A stretch of 36,154 bases of DNA from Bigelowiella natans CCMP2755. Lineage: Eukaryota; Protista; Cercozoa. How positions within the stretch are numbered: the first letter of the stretch is position 1; each line of letters starts with the position of its first letter. The notes beneath the pieces were generated by a model that was not told where the DNA came from, did not search any database, and was given only the letters and a program-made list of their open reading frames with translations. Made by a program: the position numbers and the translations under genes. The stretch lies in contig ADNK01000102.1 of NCBI GenBank assembly GCA_000320545.1, positions 1-36,154 on the forward strand. Direction: 5' to 3'. Below, in pieces: positions 1 to 12,693 of the stretch.

Positions 1-1298
1 TTAATTTTCGCCCCTTTTTCCCTCTTCAACAGTATAGGCCACCGCTGAGTTTGGTTTCCTCCTAAAACTTCACCCACCCCCCCCCCCCCAATTTTTTGTT
101 GATGTCTAGGTCCAAAAAATTTTGGATTTCGCCGCGGACAACGTAAATCCCCCCCCCCCCCCCCCCCCCCCCCCGCCCCCTCCTCCTTACTAGCATCATC
201 GCGGCTGCAAGCAGCACTCATACATGCATAAACACGACGCATAGTGCGCTCCTAACCCGTCTTCCGTCCTGAGCTTCGCATAGTCGATGTGACCGTTCAC
301 GATGAAGTCTTTCAAGGACACCAGCTTCAGCTCCTAACGTGTGTGTACAGGACAGACTCACGATTGTGTTCTGCGATCATTAGTGTTGCAGAGGGCGACA
401 GCACCGAGACGGGCTAGCACATCATCAAAGCGGAATGGGGAAGGGGTTCAGCCATCGCCAGCTGGTAAGCACGTACCGATGAAGCGCGCGAGCCGTCGGG
501 TGATTTATACTCGTCGCCGTTCGTTGGAACAGGCCCCGCAATCGACACCAAGTTGATGCAGTAACGGTTGCCTGGGGGGGAGGGCGTTGGCAGGGAAGGA
601 GGAGGAGGGAGGAGGAGGGAGGAGGAGGAGGACGAAGAGGAGGGGAGGGGGGCGAGAAGGAAAGAGCGAGGAAGGGGGTTATTCAGACGTACAAGATGAA
701 AGAGAAGATGCAAGGGGGGTGAGTGGGCTTTTCTGATTAGAATACCACGCTAGATAATAACATGTTGTTCGCGCCTCTTCCGTGAATACATGATCGATCT
801 CTGCTACATACAATCCATCTTCTTCTTCTCCTTCTTCTTCTGCTGCTGCTGCTCATACCTTTCCCATCCGGCAGATTATGGCCGAGGTGAGTACCCGCGC
901 GCGACACCACCTCGCCGTTTCGCAGCACGCGCACATCGTCCCATATGACCTCACTGTCGCGGAACGAGGGCCAGCCGTGCTTCTCGCTCTCCGCCAGAAA
1001 TTGGCGGAATGTTCTACCGATCGGGGCGCGGAAGAGCGGCTTGCCTGTGATGGAGTCGTAGTACACGGTAACAGCCCTGCGATTTACTTCCGAGTACCTG
1101 TTGTAGGCGGACCATGGCGCATGGCAGCTTCATCAATAGCACGCGACGCACGACGCATGCTGCGTGTGATAGTAGGAGTTCTTGCCGGGTAAAGACGAGG
1201 GAGAGTGCGACGAAACTAGGCCGGTGAGAAGGAGAGGGATGCTGTGCACATCTTCCTCCTTACGGCTATTGCTCTCGTTGAAAGTGATAATAATAGTG

Positions 1299-1329
<31 letters not shown>

Positions 1330-2585
1330 CAATAATAATAATTTTGTTGTTGTTGTTGTTGTTGTTGTCAGTACTATCATATCATGATTACATGTACTAT
1401 TGCTACCATTTGCTCCGCTTAAAATAGCCCGAGCTTTCGGCAAAGTGCCTGTTGAAGCAGCAGATCTTATTCGCCTTCGCCCAATCTACTTTCCAGCGTA
1501 AGGGCTTGATTGGCGGGTTCTCCGTTGTCCCATTCTTCTTCTTTGACATGATCGCCTCGCTGCCTATCACAGGGATGCTCATAGGCTTCGATGACGGTGA
1601 CGCCCCCGTTCCTCCCTGCTCACCAAAACAAAGCCAAACGATTCGGAGAGGGGGGGGTGGGGGTAATACCCATCAATGGTGACGCGGTGTCGTGTCGGCA
1701 GGGAGAGAAAGGAAGTGCAGGAGAAGGGAAGAAAGCTTGCTCAGGGGAGAGAGGAAACCGGCATGATGATGATGATGATGATGACGATGATGACGAGACG
1801 AGTGCATAATCGTCCTCTAAAGAATTTAAGAATCAAGCGCGTAGCATCCATGCATCATCGATTCGCCGAAGGGAGGCATGGGAAAGCATCATCGCATCGG
1901 TGTGCAACGAACGAGGCGTTCCGATTGTCAAAACCACCAACAAAGTCGACATAACCCTTAATAGAATACTAGAAACGATATTTGCAGCTTCCCCCGTCAG
2001 CCCCACCGCCCAGGCCATTAGTCATCATGTTTCTCCTGCCCCCCCCCCCCCCCCCTTTCTCCTTATATTCTCATTCCCACCTTCTTCTCATCTCCTTCCT
2101 CCTTGTCCAGCATGGCCCATCCTCGAATGGCGGCTTTGGATATTTCGTTGACGCCATCCTTGGTGATTCCTGCGGATGGAGATATATGGTGTTCATGACG
2201 GAGAGGGCAATGCACAAACGCATTTGGTTGCTTTGGTCGCTGATGATGTGCAGACGCATCAGGAAAGCATGAGAAGTGAACCGTGAAGTAGACTTTATTT
2301 CTCTTGGTTTACGGTTTTCCCTTCTCTACTTAACGTCATTATCATGTTCCTCAGCATCTTCGCCCGCTATCTTATTACCTTTTCCATCTTTCGCATAGAT
2401 GACTAGGGATGGGATGTGCTTGTTCGCGTTCTTGGCCGCCTTTGAGTTCTGATCGAAAGGCACTGCCAGCCATGGCATTCCGCTGAAGTATTCTTTGAAC
2501 CTGTCATCATTGCCGTAGTAGCCGTGCTTTCAATCTACGACGTTTGTCGTCATGCATTCATCTGGGTTGTACTTATTTTCCTATG

Positions 2586-2622
<37 letters not shown>

Positions 2623-4675
2623 CAAGAGCCGTGTTAGATGTATTCTGTGATGAGTTTGGGCAAGCGTACTCCTCTGGAGATCGGTCGTTGCTTCGGAACA
2701 CAATTTCAAAGGCAGCACGCTCTTCCTTGCTCAGACTCGAGTACCTTTCGAATTGTTGTTGATGGTCAAAGATTGAAGGTGGCAAACCATGCCGTAGCGA
2801 TAACATTTTTGCCGCGCGAACGAAACGGTTGTGTGAATGGATGAAGCGATCTAGAAACGAGCTAGCTAAATTTCTTTCCGTCAGACACAGCACACCGCAC
2901 AAACGTACAATTCGGCCAGCTTGGGCGTGAAGGACTTGCAGGGACCGCACCAATGTGCAGAGTGATAATAGCCGATGACTTTCCCATTGAGTGCCTCTGA
3001 CACGGATACTCGCTTTCCCTGGGCGGAGGAGCCAGTGTGGGTGAGGATGTTATTGTTGTTGTTGTTGTTGTTGTTGACGATGATTATGTATGATGATGAT
3101 GATGATAATGATGATGAATAATGTTAATTATAATGTTTGAGGTATCAGCGGCATACTTTGCTAGTGAGGAGATTGCGGCAATGAAAGAGGCGCTTTCCTG
3201 CTCCAATGGCTTTTGGGTCCGCTCCCAGCTCTATTTTCTCCATACTTTCGCCTGTGTGGTAGAGCGCCTTGTTTCAGTCTTCTGAATTCGTCGCGTCGTC
3301 ATCATCATCACCATCGTCACCATCATCATTACATTCTTGGAGATGATTGGATCCCTAGGCTTCGGAAAATGGGTACAATTTTTTCTTACTATCCATTATC
3401 GCTCTTTATATTCTTAGATTGATAGGCACCCTTATCGGATTTTGAGTCGTCGCCCGCAGAGAGAGAAAGGGCTGGCATGACCACGCCTGTGGGACGCAAC
3501 CCGCAATACCTTGAACAACAACAGGCCAATCACACACAGAACGCACCACACCTCTTCCCGCTGAGACTTTCCCTACTACCTTATATATCTAACACTGACA
3601 TATGTGCATGTGTATGCTCATGCGCTTAGTAGATGTGAGGAGCATGCGTGCATATGCAACCGTTAGCCAGACGGGCGGTTTTTTGGTTTTAGAAAACCGC
3701 CACTACGCTTGCATGCGATGCCATTTGTCATTTTTACTCGCGGTTGCCAGGCTTCGCATCGTATTGCTGGTGGTAGTCCTCAGCGTAATAAAAGGTCTCG
3801 GCGGGAAGAATCTCAGTTTGAATCCTGCCGAAATTCTTCTTGGACAGTGCCTCCTGGTACGTCTTCACGGAAGCTTCAATCACGGGTTTGTGCCCCTCAT
3901 CGTAGTAGTAGATTCCCGACCGATATTGAGTTCCGCGATCGTTCCCTTGACCCAATTTCTAGAGGTTGAGAGCGGCAAGGGAGGGTAAGAACGAGGGATG
4001 ATTGCCAACGACAGAAATTTCGAGCTTTGGTTAAAGCAAGAGGAGTGAGGAAGGAGCAGCTAAGAAGTGGGGGAAAGTTTTTATTTCACCTGGGTAGGGT
4101 CATGCGTCTCAAAAAATATCTTGAGAATCTATGGGGGGTAATAACAGGAAATTGCATTTAGATACGTGAGGTATCGAGGAGGTTTATGCCGTGTTTCATA
4201 TAAGCATGGTCGTGTCAATTCATCACCTTGGTCAAAGGGCACAATCTTGGATCAAAGACAATTCGTGTGACTGATTATAGGGTTCCATGATTCAGAATTG
4301 AATGTGATATTCGCCACATGTTCACTTTTGCCAACACCTTCGTTGTGATTCGTCTTCTTAGTGCAAACTTCTCTGTAAGATGGGTTGGGAGTGCATCCCA
4401 TCTGGTAGCCAACGTGGGTGCTGTAGACTCCTTCGAGATCCCAGAACAAGTTCTCAGAGCACCTGTATCATACATGTAACCTCTATGAACAACATCCCTC
4501 AACTCCACGTACATCGCCACTACCAAAAGCAGCCCATCCCAATCGAGATCATCTGTAGGTGTTCGGGGAATGGGGGATATAGCTTCGTATTGAGGATGAA
4601 GTGCTTCGCTTCCTTCGGCGGCGCATCACTTATGGGGTGCTTGCGACCTTTCAGGCACTTTTGCGCGGGAAGCAT
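1..4675 (-). CDS. Methionine sulfoxide reductase fusion: MsrA + nucleoredoxin/tryparedoxin-type thioredoxin domain (WCGPC) + MsrB-like domain, ~617 aa, 16 exons
   Basis: Phase-consistent GT-AG exons 4675-4524, 4462-4338, 4270-4227, 4128-4090, 3958-3738, 3509-3430, 3251-3157, 3018-2909, 2744-2670, 2500-2379, 2169-2081, 1615-1407, 1097-859, 571-477, 333-236, 61-1 (1854 nt, ending TAA at 3-1). MsrA motifs: [45 protein letters not shown]. Trx motifs: [55 protein letters not shown]. MsrB motifs: GWPSF, HLGH, RYCIN. The start codon and the last exon are less certain; an alternative stop lies at 198-196. Confidence 0.85.
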
Positions 4676-4794
4676 CAGAGGCGAACTCAGCGACAGAGAG
4701 GGGGAGGGGGGAGGAAGATATTCTCAACCGAAGTTATTCGACTCGCTTATCGTGGCGAAAGACGCTGCGAAGATTTTGCCCTAAATTTCTCTTT

Positions 4795-4998
4795 CATAGC
4801 ATGTCGCAGTCCAGTTTCGTCCTTGCATATGTTGCCGAAATTAGATCCGTCCTGGTTAGATCTATGTTAATTATGTTTCCCACCGCGGATCGGAACGAAC
4901 AGGTAAAGATTCGATGACAAACCGCAGAATCGCGCAGGAAAATCCCGGCAAGGAAAATAGGGTAAATAGACTTCATTTTCTCACTGCGACATGCTATG
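4795..4998. promoter_or_regulatory. Perfect 16-bp inverted repeat (CATAGCATGTCGCAGT / ACTGCGACATGCTATG) in a divergent promoter
   Basis: 4795-4810 is the exact reverse complement of 4983-4998. The copies lie 120 and 121 bp from the inferred ATGs at 4675 (-) and 5119 (+). The regulatory role is inferred. Confidence 0.55.
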
Positions 4999-5118
4999 TA
5001 AGTTGTGGTTGTTGAAAGGAAAATAACATCCCGAATGCAACTGTTGACACAGTGATTTCAGAGTGCCATGGAGGAGGCAATTGGGCAAAGCAGATACTAC
5101 TAGATACTACTAGAAGCA

Positions 5119-7030
5119 ATGATGTTATTCCTTCTACCCTTTGTGTTGCTCACTGTGGGCGATGCCGCTGAGGAGATTCATAATGGAGAAGAGGAGCTAG
5201 GGAAAGGAATCGAAAGCTTGTTCAGAGTAGGGTACTGTCGGCCATCGTCAGCTCAAAACGAAGAAGCAACTCGCCAAGGGATGTCAAAAAACTGGGAATT
5301 GATCGCAGAGACGCAACTAGACCTGCCCCACGAACCCAATCCGTGGAATATGGACGTTTGTAAGGAATTTGGCGTCCCTGCATGGTATAACGACTCGATT
5401 CGGTACTCGAACGACATCACTACGATCACTGTCGAGTCCGCGGCCCTCTCTATGTCCCACAAATGCGGCATGGCCGCCGCCGAATCCGAAGGGGAGGCCC
5501 CAATGCCGTTACCAAAAGAAGCTCCTTCCCACAGCGGACCGGAAGTTCAGATCGAGAGGATCCAAAGAGGGTCTTTTTCTGTAGCGGAATTCTACGAGGA
5601 ATACATCCGAAGAGGAGTGCCGGTAGGATAATCATAGTTCTAGATAAATGTTTGATACTTTGCCCAGTCGATTCAATTCTTTTGAAATTCGCACGATGCT
5701 ATGTCTGTGATGAGACTGGTGCCGATTGATTGTTACGAAGGTTATTCTCTCGGATCCTTTCGACGAGGAAGAAAAGGTTTGCGCGATTTGAACCTTAAGC
5801 CGGTGTATAAACTATCTTACGAGAATTTGGTTTTTCGAAGTCGCTAGACTCATGTAATGTGCATGAGTGCCCCTCACACGCGAGATCTACATTTTGCAAC
5901 GGCGTCTTTCATGTCTATCTGGAATCACAGATATCGAATAACAATAACAGGTGTGGTGGGAAGGTCGGGCAGAGCTTTCGCTAATTTTGGCTCGCGCAGA
6001 GCACGCCAACATGGATGTAAAGGAATACGAAAAAATGTTTCAAATGAGTGAAAGTGGTGAGCCCACATTTCACCACCCCCCCGAGCCGGAAAAGGCTGTT
6101 TTTTGCGACATCTGTGAAGAGATGGAACCCGTTCCGGAAGTTTACTACCCGTGGCCATTTCAATATCCTCGTATCATGAAGGAAGCTAGTTTACTTAGAG
6201 AGAGTTTCGACAGTACGATGACTATCTGGGGACGATACAATTTCTCGACGCCTTTGCACTACGACCAGTCGTGTCATGGCTCTCTCTCTCTCCAACATAT
6301 CGGTGAGCCATCCTCCATTGTCTTATTAGCAAGCACTATCAGCAAAAGAATATTGAATTTCGACATCATATTGTCAACTGATTTTTCTAGGTGAATGAAT
6401 CTCTCAGGTGAAAAACGTTGGTGGCTATGGGCTCCTTGGGACATTGAAAGAAGGAATGGCACAATGATATCAGCTCACACCAGGTTTACAGCTGACCTCA
6501 AACCAGGGGAGATCCTGATGTACGGGCCAGCTTGGTGAGACAATTTCCAACTGCACACGCCTGTTTTCTAGCTCATATAGCAAAGTTGTTTCGGCTTCAG
6601 GCGAATAACTTATGATGAGCCTAATCGACAGATGGCAATCATAACTTTTTATTCCATCGACGTGAGTTGACAAAATTCTTATAAAAGGTCAATATTCTAT
6701 AATATCAGGTACCACCAAACGCAAACGCTTGGGGAAGAGCTTTCGCTCGCAACTGTTGTTTTCTTAAAGGATCCTCCATTTTTTGGGATTTTGCCTGAAC
6801 ACTTCCGTTCACCCCGAGGGTTTGCTGCATGTGCGGAGCCAGAGGGTGGATGGTTATGGCGGGATACAGGATGGGAAAACTCTCTGAAGCAAAGTGCCTT
6901 GTCGCCCAACAGTTTTTCCACCGCCTCGAAGTACGTGCGATGTGTTCTGGAGAATGAGGATTCCTGTTTAAATCCAGCTACTATCCATGCAAGTAGTTGT
7001 GACGCAAGTGAGGGCGAGTGTAAATTATAG
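5119..7030 (+). CDS. JmjC / cupin-like Fe(II)-2-oxoglutarate oxygenase with N-terminal signal peptide
   Basis: Exons 5119-5622, 5741-5776, 5951-6302, ~6408-6535 and ~6709-7030 join in phase. Motifs FYEEYIRRGVPVIL, TPLHYD (HxD), GEKRWWLWAP, LKPGEILMYGPAWYHQT (distal His). Hydrophobic N-terminus MMLFLLPFVLLTVGDA. Confidence 0.8.
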
Positions 7031-7914
7031 AATGGTACATGTGTGTGCTCCATGGAGGATCGTATGATCATGCTGTCAGCCAACGACTCGACTGATGCCT
7101 TCGCCAATGCTACGCTCTGATATTATCCATCTCACCTGTCCTTCCATGTAAAATGTGTCATCTACACGTTCACGTTCGTACGCCACATGACACATGTACG
7201 TCCAACAAACCATAGGAGAAACAGTACTGTGTAATGATGTGTGCAAAATGCAAACATGATGACAATTGAAAGAATTTAACACATTCATCACATCCGTCTC
7301 ACAACATGTAGATGTTGTAGGAATTACTGTTGCCACTAATTCAAGGCTGCATGGTTTCTGCGCCTAACTTGACACATGCAAATTGTCGTCACATGTAGTC
7401 GTGGTCCAATTCAAATGCACGCAAAGCTGGCGCAATGTTCACACGTTGTAGATCCCTAAATGCGCTACTACCATTGCCCGTGCAGTCCTCGTCGATCAGT
7501 TGTCATTTAGCAGTGCTCTTGGCACTACAAGGTCACGAGATTGATGTGACTACGTACAGCAGTACATGCATGCTTTTCGCTAGCGCGGTCACTTACGCGT
7601 CTGCATGAGTTTGATGTTGGGCGAGGACAAGCGCGATTGATTAGAAGAGGGGTTATACTAATGTCAGTAGATTGCACGTTCGTATGACATTAGGTGTAAA
7701 CGTACATAGCTGCAGCTCCCTCTTATGAATGCAGCTTCTCCTGTGCACTGCACGAGTATATATGAAGACAACTTATGCGATACTAACTAAATAAAAGATA
7801 TACGAGTGTACATGTATAAACTACCGACAAATGACCGGAAAATTTGAAAATATCTATGTTCTGTACAACATCAGCTAAAAGCTATTTTGTCTTAGTCAAT
7901 CGATCTTGGTACTT

Positions 7915-8952
7915 TTAGAGGACGGCGTTGGCTGTCAAAGGATATCTGGTCGAAGCTAGTGTTTCATTCTAACAAATTTATGATACATACGATATAATAA
8001 TATCCACTTGATCTTTGTCAAGGACGGGTTCCTGCTCTTCAAGAAGCACGTCTAATATGGACGGAGTGACCATTTCCTGGATGATCTTGGCTGCCTTAAG
8101 AAAGTCTCTCTTTAAACCAAAACTGTGAACATTTAGCATTTATTATTATAGTATAGTCCGAAACAAAATTTACTAATCTTCTTACCCCATCTCAAAGCAC
8201 CATGCCAGATTTTGCATACCATAGTGATCGCCTTTTTCCGCGGAAATTTCGTAGAACACTACAGCCTTTGCGGTAAAGGGAAAATATCAGGTTGAACTTT
8301 CACATAGCAAATAGATGAATCATACGACTTAGAAGTTACCAGACGATACTGTGCCATGTCGTAGTAATAGTCACCACACCGGTTGAGAGTCTTCGCATCA
8401 TAATTCTTCCTTTCCGGGTTGTCAGGCAGCTTCAATGGATATTCTACGTGCCCCCCTGATCCCGGCCAAGCGAGAAGACCCACATCTATGGAGTTCATAC
8501 CATGAATCCCAGTGACCATCGGTCGACGTCGAGCGCGAAGGTAACGACGCGACCGAGCAGGGACAGGTATTGCAAACTGATCATTCGTGGACATTCTGGA
8601 GGTCCTCCTCGGATGAACACGCCTTCAAGGCCAATTCCTTGAAGCTATAGAAGAAAGATTTTATGACGGGTCCCTTAAGCATACTGTTTGATGAGAAAAC
8701 TCGAAATATACGAAAAAATGAATTCATGCCATTTGGCAAAAGCTTCACAGCACTCAACATGAAATAATTTGGAAACAGAAAGAGGAGGGGCCCGGATAAG
8801 TCGAATTCAGCAGAATATGAAGCATCGAAATTCACGGAGGGCTCGTGCGATAGTATCGAGCCGGTTTTGTGCGTCCCTCCGTTTCTTTGACTAGAGAAAT
8901 TCGAATCGATTTGCTGGGAAGGATACCTCTTGGTGGGGGAATGCGACTTCAC
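7915..8952 (-). CDS. Sel1-like repeat protein (5' end unresolved)
   Basis: Spliced 3' exons read TLNRCGDYYYDMAQYRL|AVVFYEISAEKGDHYGMQNLAWCFEMG|FGLKRDFLKAAKII...SYPLTANAVL*, matching the Sel1 consensus (A..wy..aAe.G...A...LG..Y..G.Gv..D). Stop at 7917-7915. Upstream exon structure is ambiguous. Confidence 0.65.
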
Positions 8953-9503
8953 TCGGAAAGAGAGTCCCCGATAAGACTCATCTATTGTGTTTTCTCTGTC
9001 AAAAGATAGCCAAAATACAATGCGAAAATGCCCCCAGCCAAATCACAAATTAACTAAATTGGAGAGAACGCTCTACAGATAGAAGTTTCCACCTTTCATT
9101 CCTTGTTCTCGATTGGGAAAAAAATGTCAACGAAGGTGGGAAAACCGGCTTCCCCGCCCGATGTCTCCTTGCGACTTCGATTTCTGTGTAATAATGGAAG
9201 GAAAAGGATCCAGAACGATGCGAGTACTCGCAGTTCGGTATTTCACTCCACGGCTACGAGAAAATAACCGGGATTCTTTCACTGCCCTAACGCTTCGCGC
9301 AGGTATGCGAGAAATATCGTGGAATCTTCGCCAGCAAGGATCGTGGATGTCTTAGGCCGTGTTACTCCGTAATCTGTGTGTCCTGGTAAACGACATGGAA
9401 AATGTGATGTCGCATGAGAAATTCGCCCGATGAAAGGCGATCCCGAGTCCCTTACTTTCCCTCTCTAATCCCAACAGGCCCCCCCCCTTTTATCCGTACC
9501 CCA

Positions 9504-10893
9504 ATGACGTCGTCGACATCGCTGCGCGTGTGTGTGTTTGGCTCCTCGTCGAAGCAAACTCCCGAGACTTATCTAAAAGAGTCGTACAAACTAGGCAAGC
9601 TGATCGCAAAGGTAGTTGTCAGCAACCTGAAAAGATAGTTCCTGCAGCAGGTCTGCTGGCCTCCCAGGCAGCGACGAGCACAAAACCGGGCTTCTCTAAC
9701 ACGTACTTCGGATGTTTTCCACAGGGTGGCCATGTATGTGTTACGGGAGGTGGGATATCAGGCTGTATGGGCGCGGTGAGCGACGGATGCGCAGATGCTG
9801 GAGGTCTGTAAAATCGTGGGGTTTTCAATCGATTTGAGTAGCAGTGGGTCCACGGGAATCTTGCGAGATAATGAGGGGAATATTTGCGCCCACCCTTCTT
9901 AGAGAAGAGGATTAGGAAGACGTTAACGAAAACAGAATGAAATCAGCTTATGCACTACACGTTTTTGCGCTACGAATTGAATGATATACCTCTCTTCTGA
10001 TTAAAGCCCATATTTTGTAGGCACTGCTGTAGGTGTAATCCACGAGATGTGGTGTGCTGAGGGAGAAATGGACGAGAAGCATCGTCGTCTCAGCGAACTC
10101 ATTGTAATATTCATATTGCAATTTGTCCTGCAAGCAAGTTCTTGTTGTGAGTGCTGAACGATTGACAGTCTATTTGTAGAACTTGCATCAATGCGTATAG
10201 GGCATATTGATTTTTATGCTTATGTATAATTTGCTGTGCCTTGTGTGTGTTATCTACTCCGCGTGGTCCGTTTTATCGACGTGTTGAAATTAACAGAAAG
10301 TAGGTGGTAAGAACCTCATGAGGAGAAAGGAAGCTCTCCTAGGTCACCGTACACACAATAACATTCTTCCTGAACCTTACATTAAAATGTTGATTTTTCT
10401 GAAGATATTTTGTGTCTACCCTCCCTCCCCCCCTCCACTCTCTCCTCCTTGAAACCATGCAGAGCGCGCAGACTGTTTTGTATCCCTTCCAGGGGGTGTT
10501 GGAACATTTGATGAAGTACACACACACACACACACACACACATAGAGAGAGGGAGAGAGAAAGGAATCCCCTATATGTTGTACAATATATATATATATAT
10601 ATATATATATACAACATTGTACTCAATCGCGCAACCCGCATGTAAGAATATACGCTATCAGAAAGACGGCCATTGATTTTCGTGGCGCCTACATTTGTAC
10701 TAACACCGTCCTCGTCGTCGTTGTGGGTGCTCCCCTCCCCCTCCTTTTCCTCCTCCTAATAAGCTGTGTGAGGTGGTGTGTGAGAAACAACTTGGCATGA
10801 ACCCACGGGTCTGCGTTCTTCTCAACATCGATGGCTACTATGACGGCTTTCTACAACAAGTAATCAGATTAGCACATATGACACACGCACACA

Positions 10894-10974
<81 letters not shown>

Positions 10975-11192
10975 GAGGGAGAGAGAGAGAAGGAAAGCAC
11001 GCGAAACAGTCGTTACGACACCGTGATGGTGGGTTTTCGAAACGCTCAAAAAGCTCGCATTGTTCTTCAGATGAAGCGGATGCAAAAGGACAAAATCCTG
11101 TACGTTCCAACTGAAAAGGTAGAGTCCCCTTCGACGACGATAACACCAACGATCACAAAGAGACAGCGGGAGCAATGTTGATGACAACAGCA

Positions 11193-11231
<39 letters not shown>

Positions 11232-11448
11232 CGCGCGGTGTGGTTCTCATTGTGTATACATGCTTGTTGTGTTGAACAATGTGGTCGCTCCTCTTCCAAT
11301 GATGGAAACAAGCTCATTCTCACTGCAACTACTGCCGAGGAAGCGCTCGAGTTGTGCGTCAAGCATCATGCTGAAAATCAGAATCTCAAAATTGTACTTG
11401 CACACGATGCACAGACCCTCCCCCTACAAATACACTTTCGCCCACACA

Positions 11449-11495
<47 letters not shown>

Positions 11496-12658
11496 TTACA
11501 TATATATTATATGTGTGTATAGAGAGAGATAGAGAGAGAGGGAGAGAGAGTCTCACAAGATAATATGAAAAGCCTGCATACAATGCGGTGATCCAGTGCG
11601 CAATAGAGATGTCGCCGTTATCATCGTAGTAGTTGTTATTGTCCTTGTCGGCATTGCCGTGAAATTGTCGGTGCTACTGCTGCTGCTGCTGCTGCTGCTG
11701 CTTCTTCTTCTTCTTCAGAATACGGACGAAAACATGAAAGCCGTAGAGAAGAAGAAGAAGACAGAGGAGAAGGAAAAGGAGGAGGGGCAGACAGGCGGAA
11801 ACGGCGAGAAGATCGAGATAAATGAGAAGGAAGACGTGGTAATAATAATATTGTGAGAACAAGTCATGCCGATGACCACTAGCAGCAGCAGTATCCTCCT
11901 CCTCCTCCTCCTCCTCCTCCTCCTCCTCCTAATACTACTACTTCCCTTTCTTCGCATGGTGTGTATTATTTGCGCTGGATGCAGGTAAGAGCTGCCATTG
12001 AGGCTCGTGCCCAGTCGTTGAAACTGCAGGTTGACTGTGCTTCTTGTCTTATATTATTACATTGCATATGAGTGCGTGATGATTGATGATAGCGCTCAAG
12101 CTACTCCTCGTATACGGGCAACGACGACGTGATGAGCGACAACTAATTGACCTTCTCCTTCCTCTCCTTCTTCTTCTTCCTCCTCTTCTATCTTCGGAAC
12201 GCCAGGCCTTGGACACTGCCAGCCGCCGGGCTATTCTGTTAGAAATAGCAAAGACGCTCGCGGCGAACAAAAACGAGATTCTCGAGGTAAATAGTGGCAC
12301 AACCCATGACCCGAAGACATGTAGATGCAAAGCGAGTGTGCTGCGCAGCTATGAGCACCTCAATCAGGCGCCGCCAGTTGTTGTTAATGCAGGCTTGCCG
12401 GTGGTGTTCTTTGCTGTCGTCTTTCCAGGTAAATAAGGAGGATATCAAGGCCGCCCAATCTATGAAAATGTCCAAGTCGATGCGGAAGGTACAACCTACC
12501 TGCGTGTTTGATGGTGCGGTCGCTCGAAGGGAGATAAACTCACAAATATACTCACACACAAACACGCAGAGAGGAAGGGGAAGGGGGGGGGGAGGGAGAG
12601 AGAGAGAGAGAGAAAGAGAGGGAATTCGCTGCATACGATTGTCATATTATATAAATGT

Positions 12659-12693
<35 letters not shown>

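Noticed and set aside
1182-1443. Poly-V/L/T ORFs, and the many [12 protein letters not shown] and SLSL ORFs across the track
   Set aside because: They are translations of intronic microsatellites. The real exons splice around them.
4720-4730. In-frame TGA upstream of MsrA as possible selenocysteine
   Set aside because: It is not at a catalytic position, all catalytic residues are Cys codons, there is no upstream in-frame ATG before the next stop, and no SECIS was recognised.
4794-4976. ORF MKSIYPIFLAGIFL as a signal-peptide exon for MsrA
   Set aside because: I found no phase-compatible GT-AG path into the MsrA frame. ATG 4675 already gives a typical MsrA N-terminus.
8259-8952. Overlapping ORFs as a programmed frameshift or pseudogene
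   Set aside because: More simply explained by unresolved introns of the Sel1 gene. GT and AG sites are available and no slippery site is evident.
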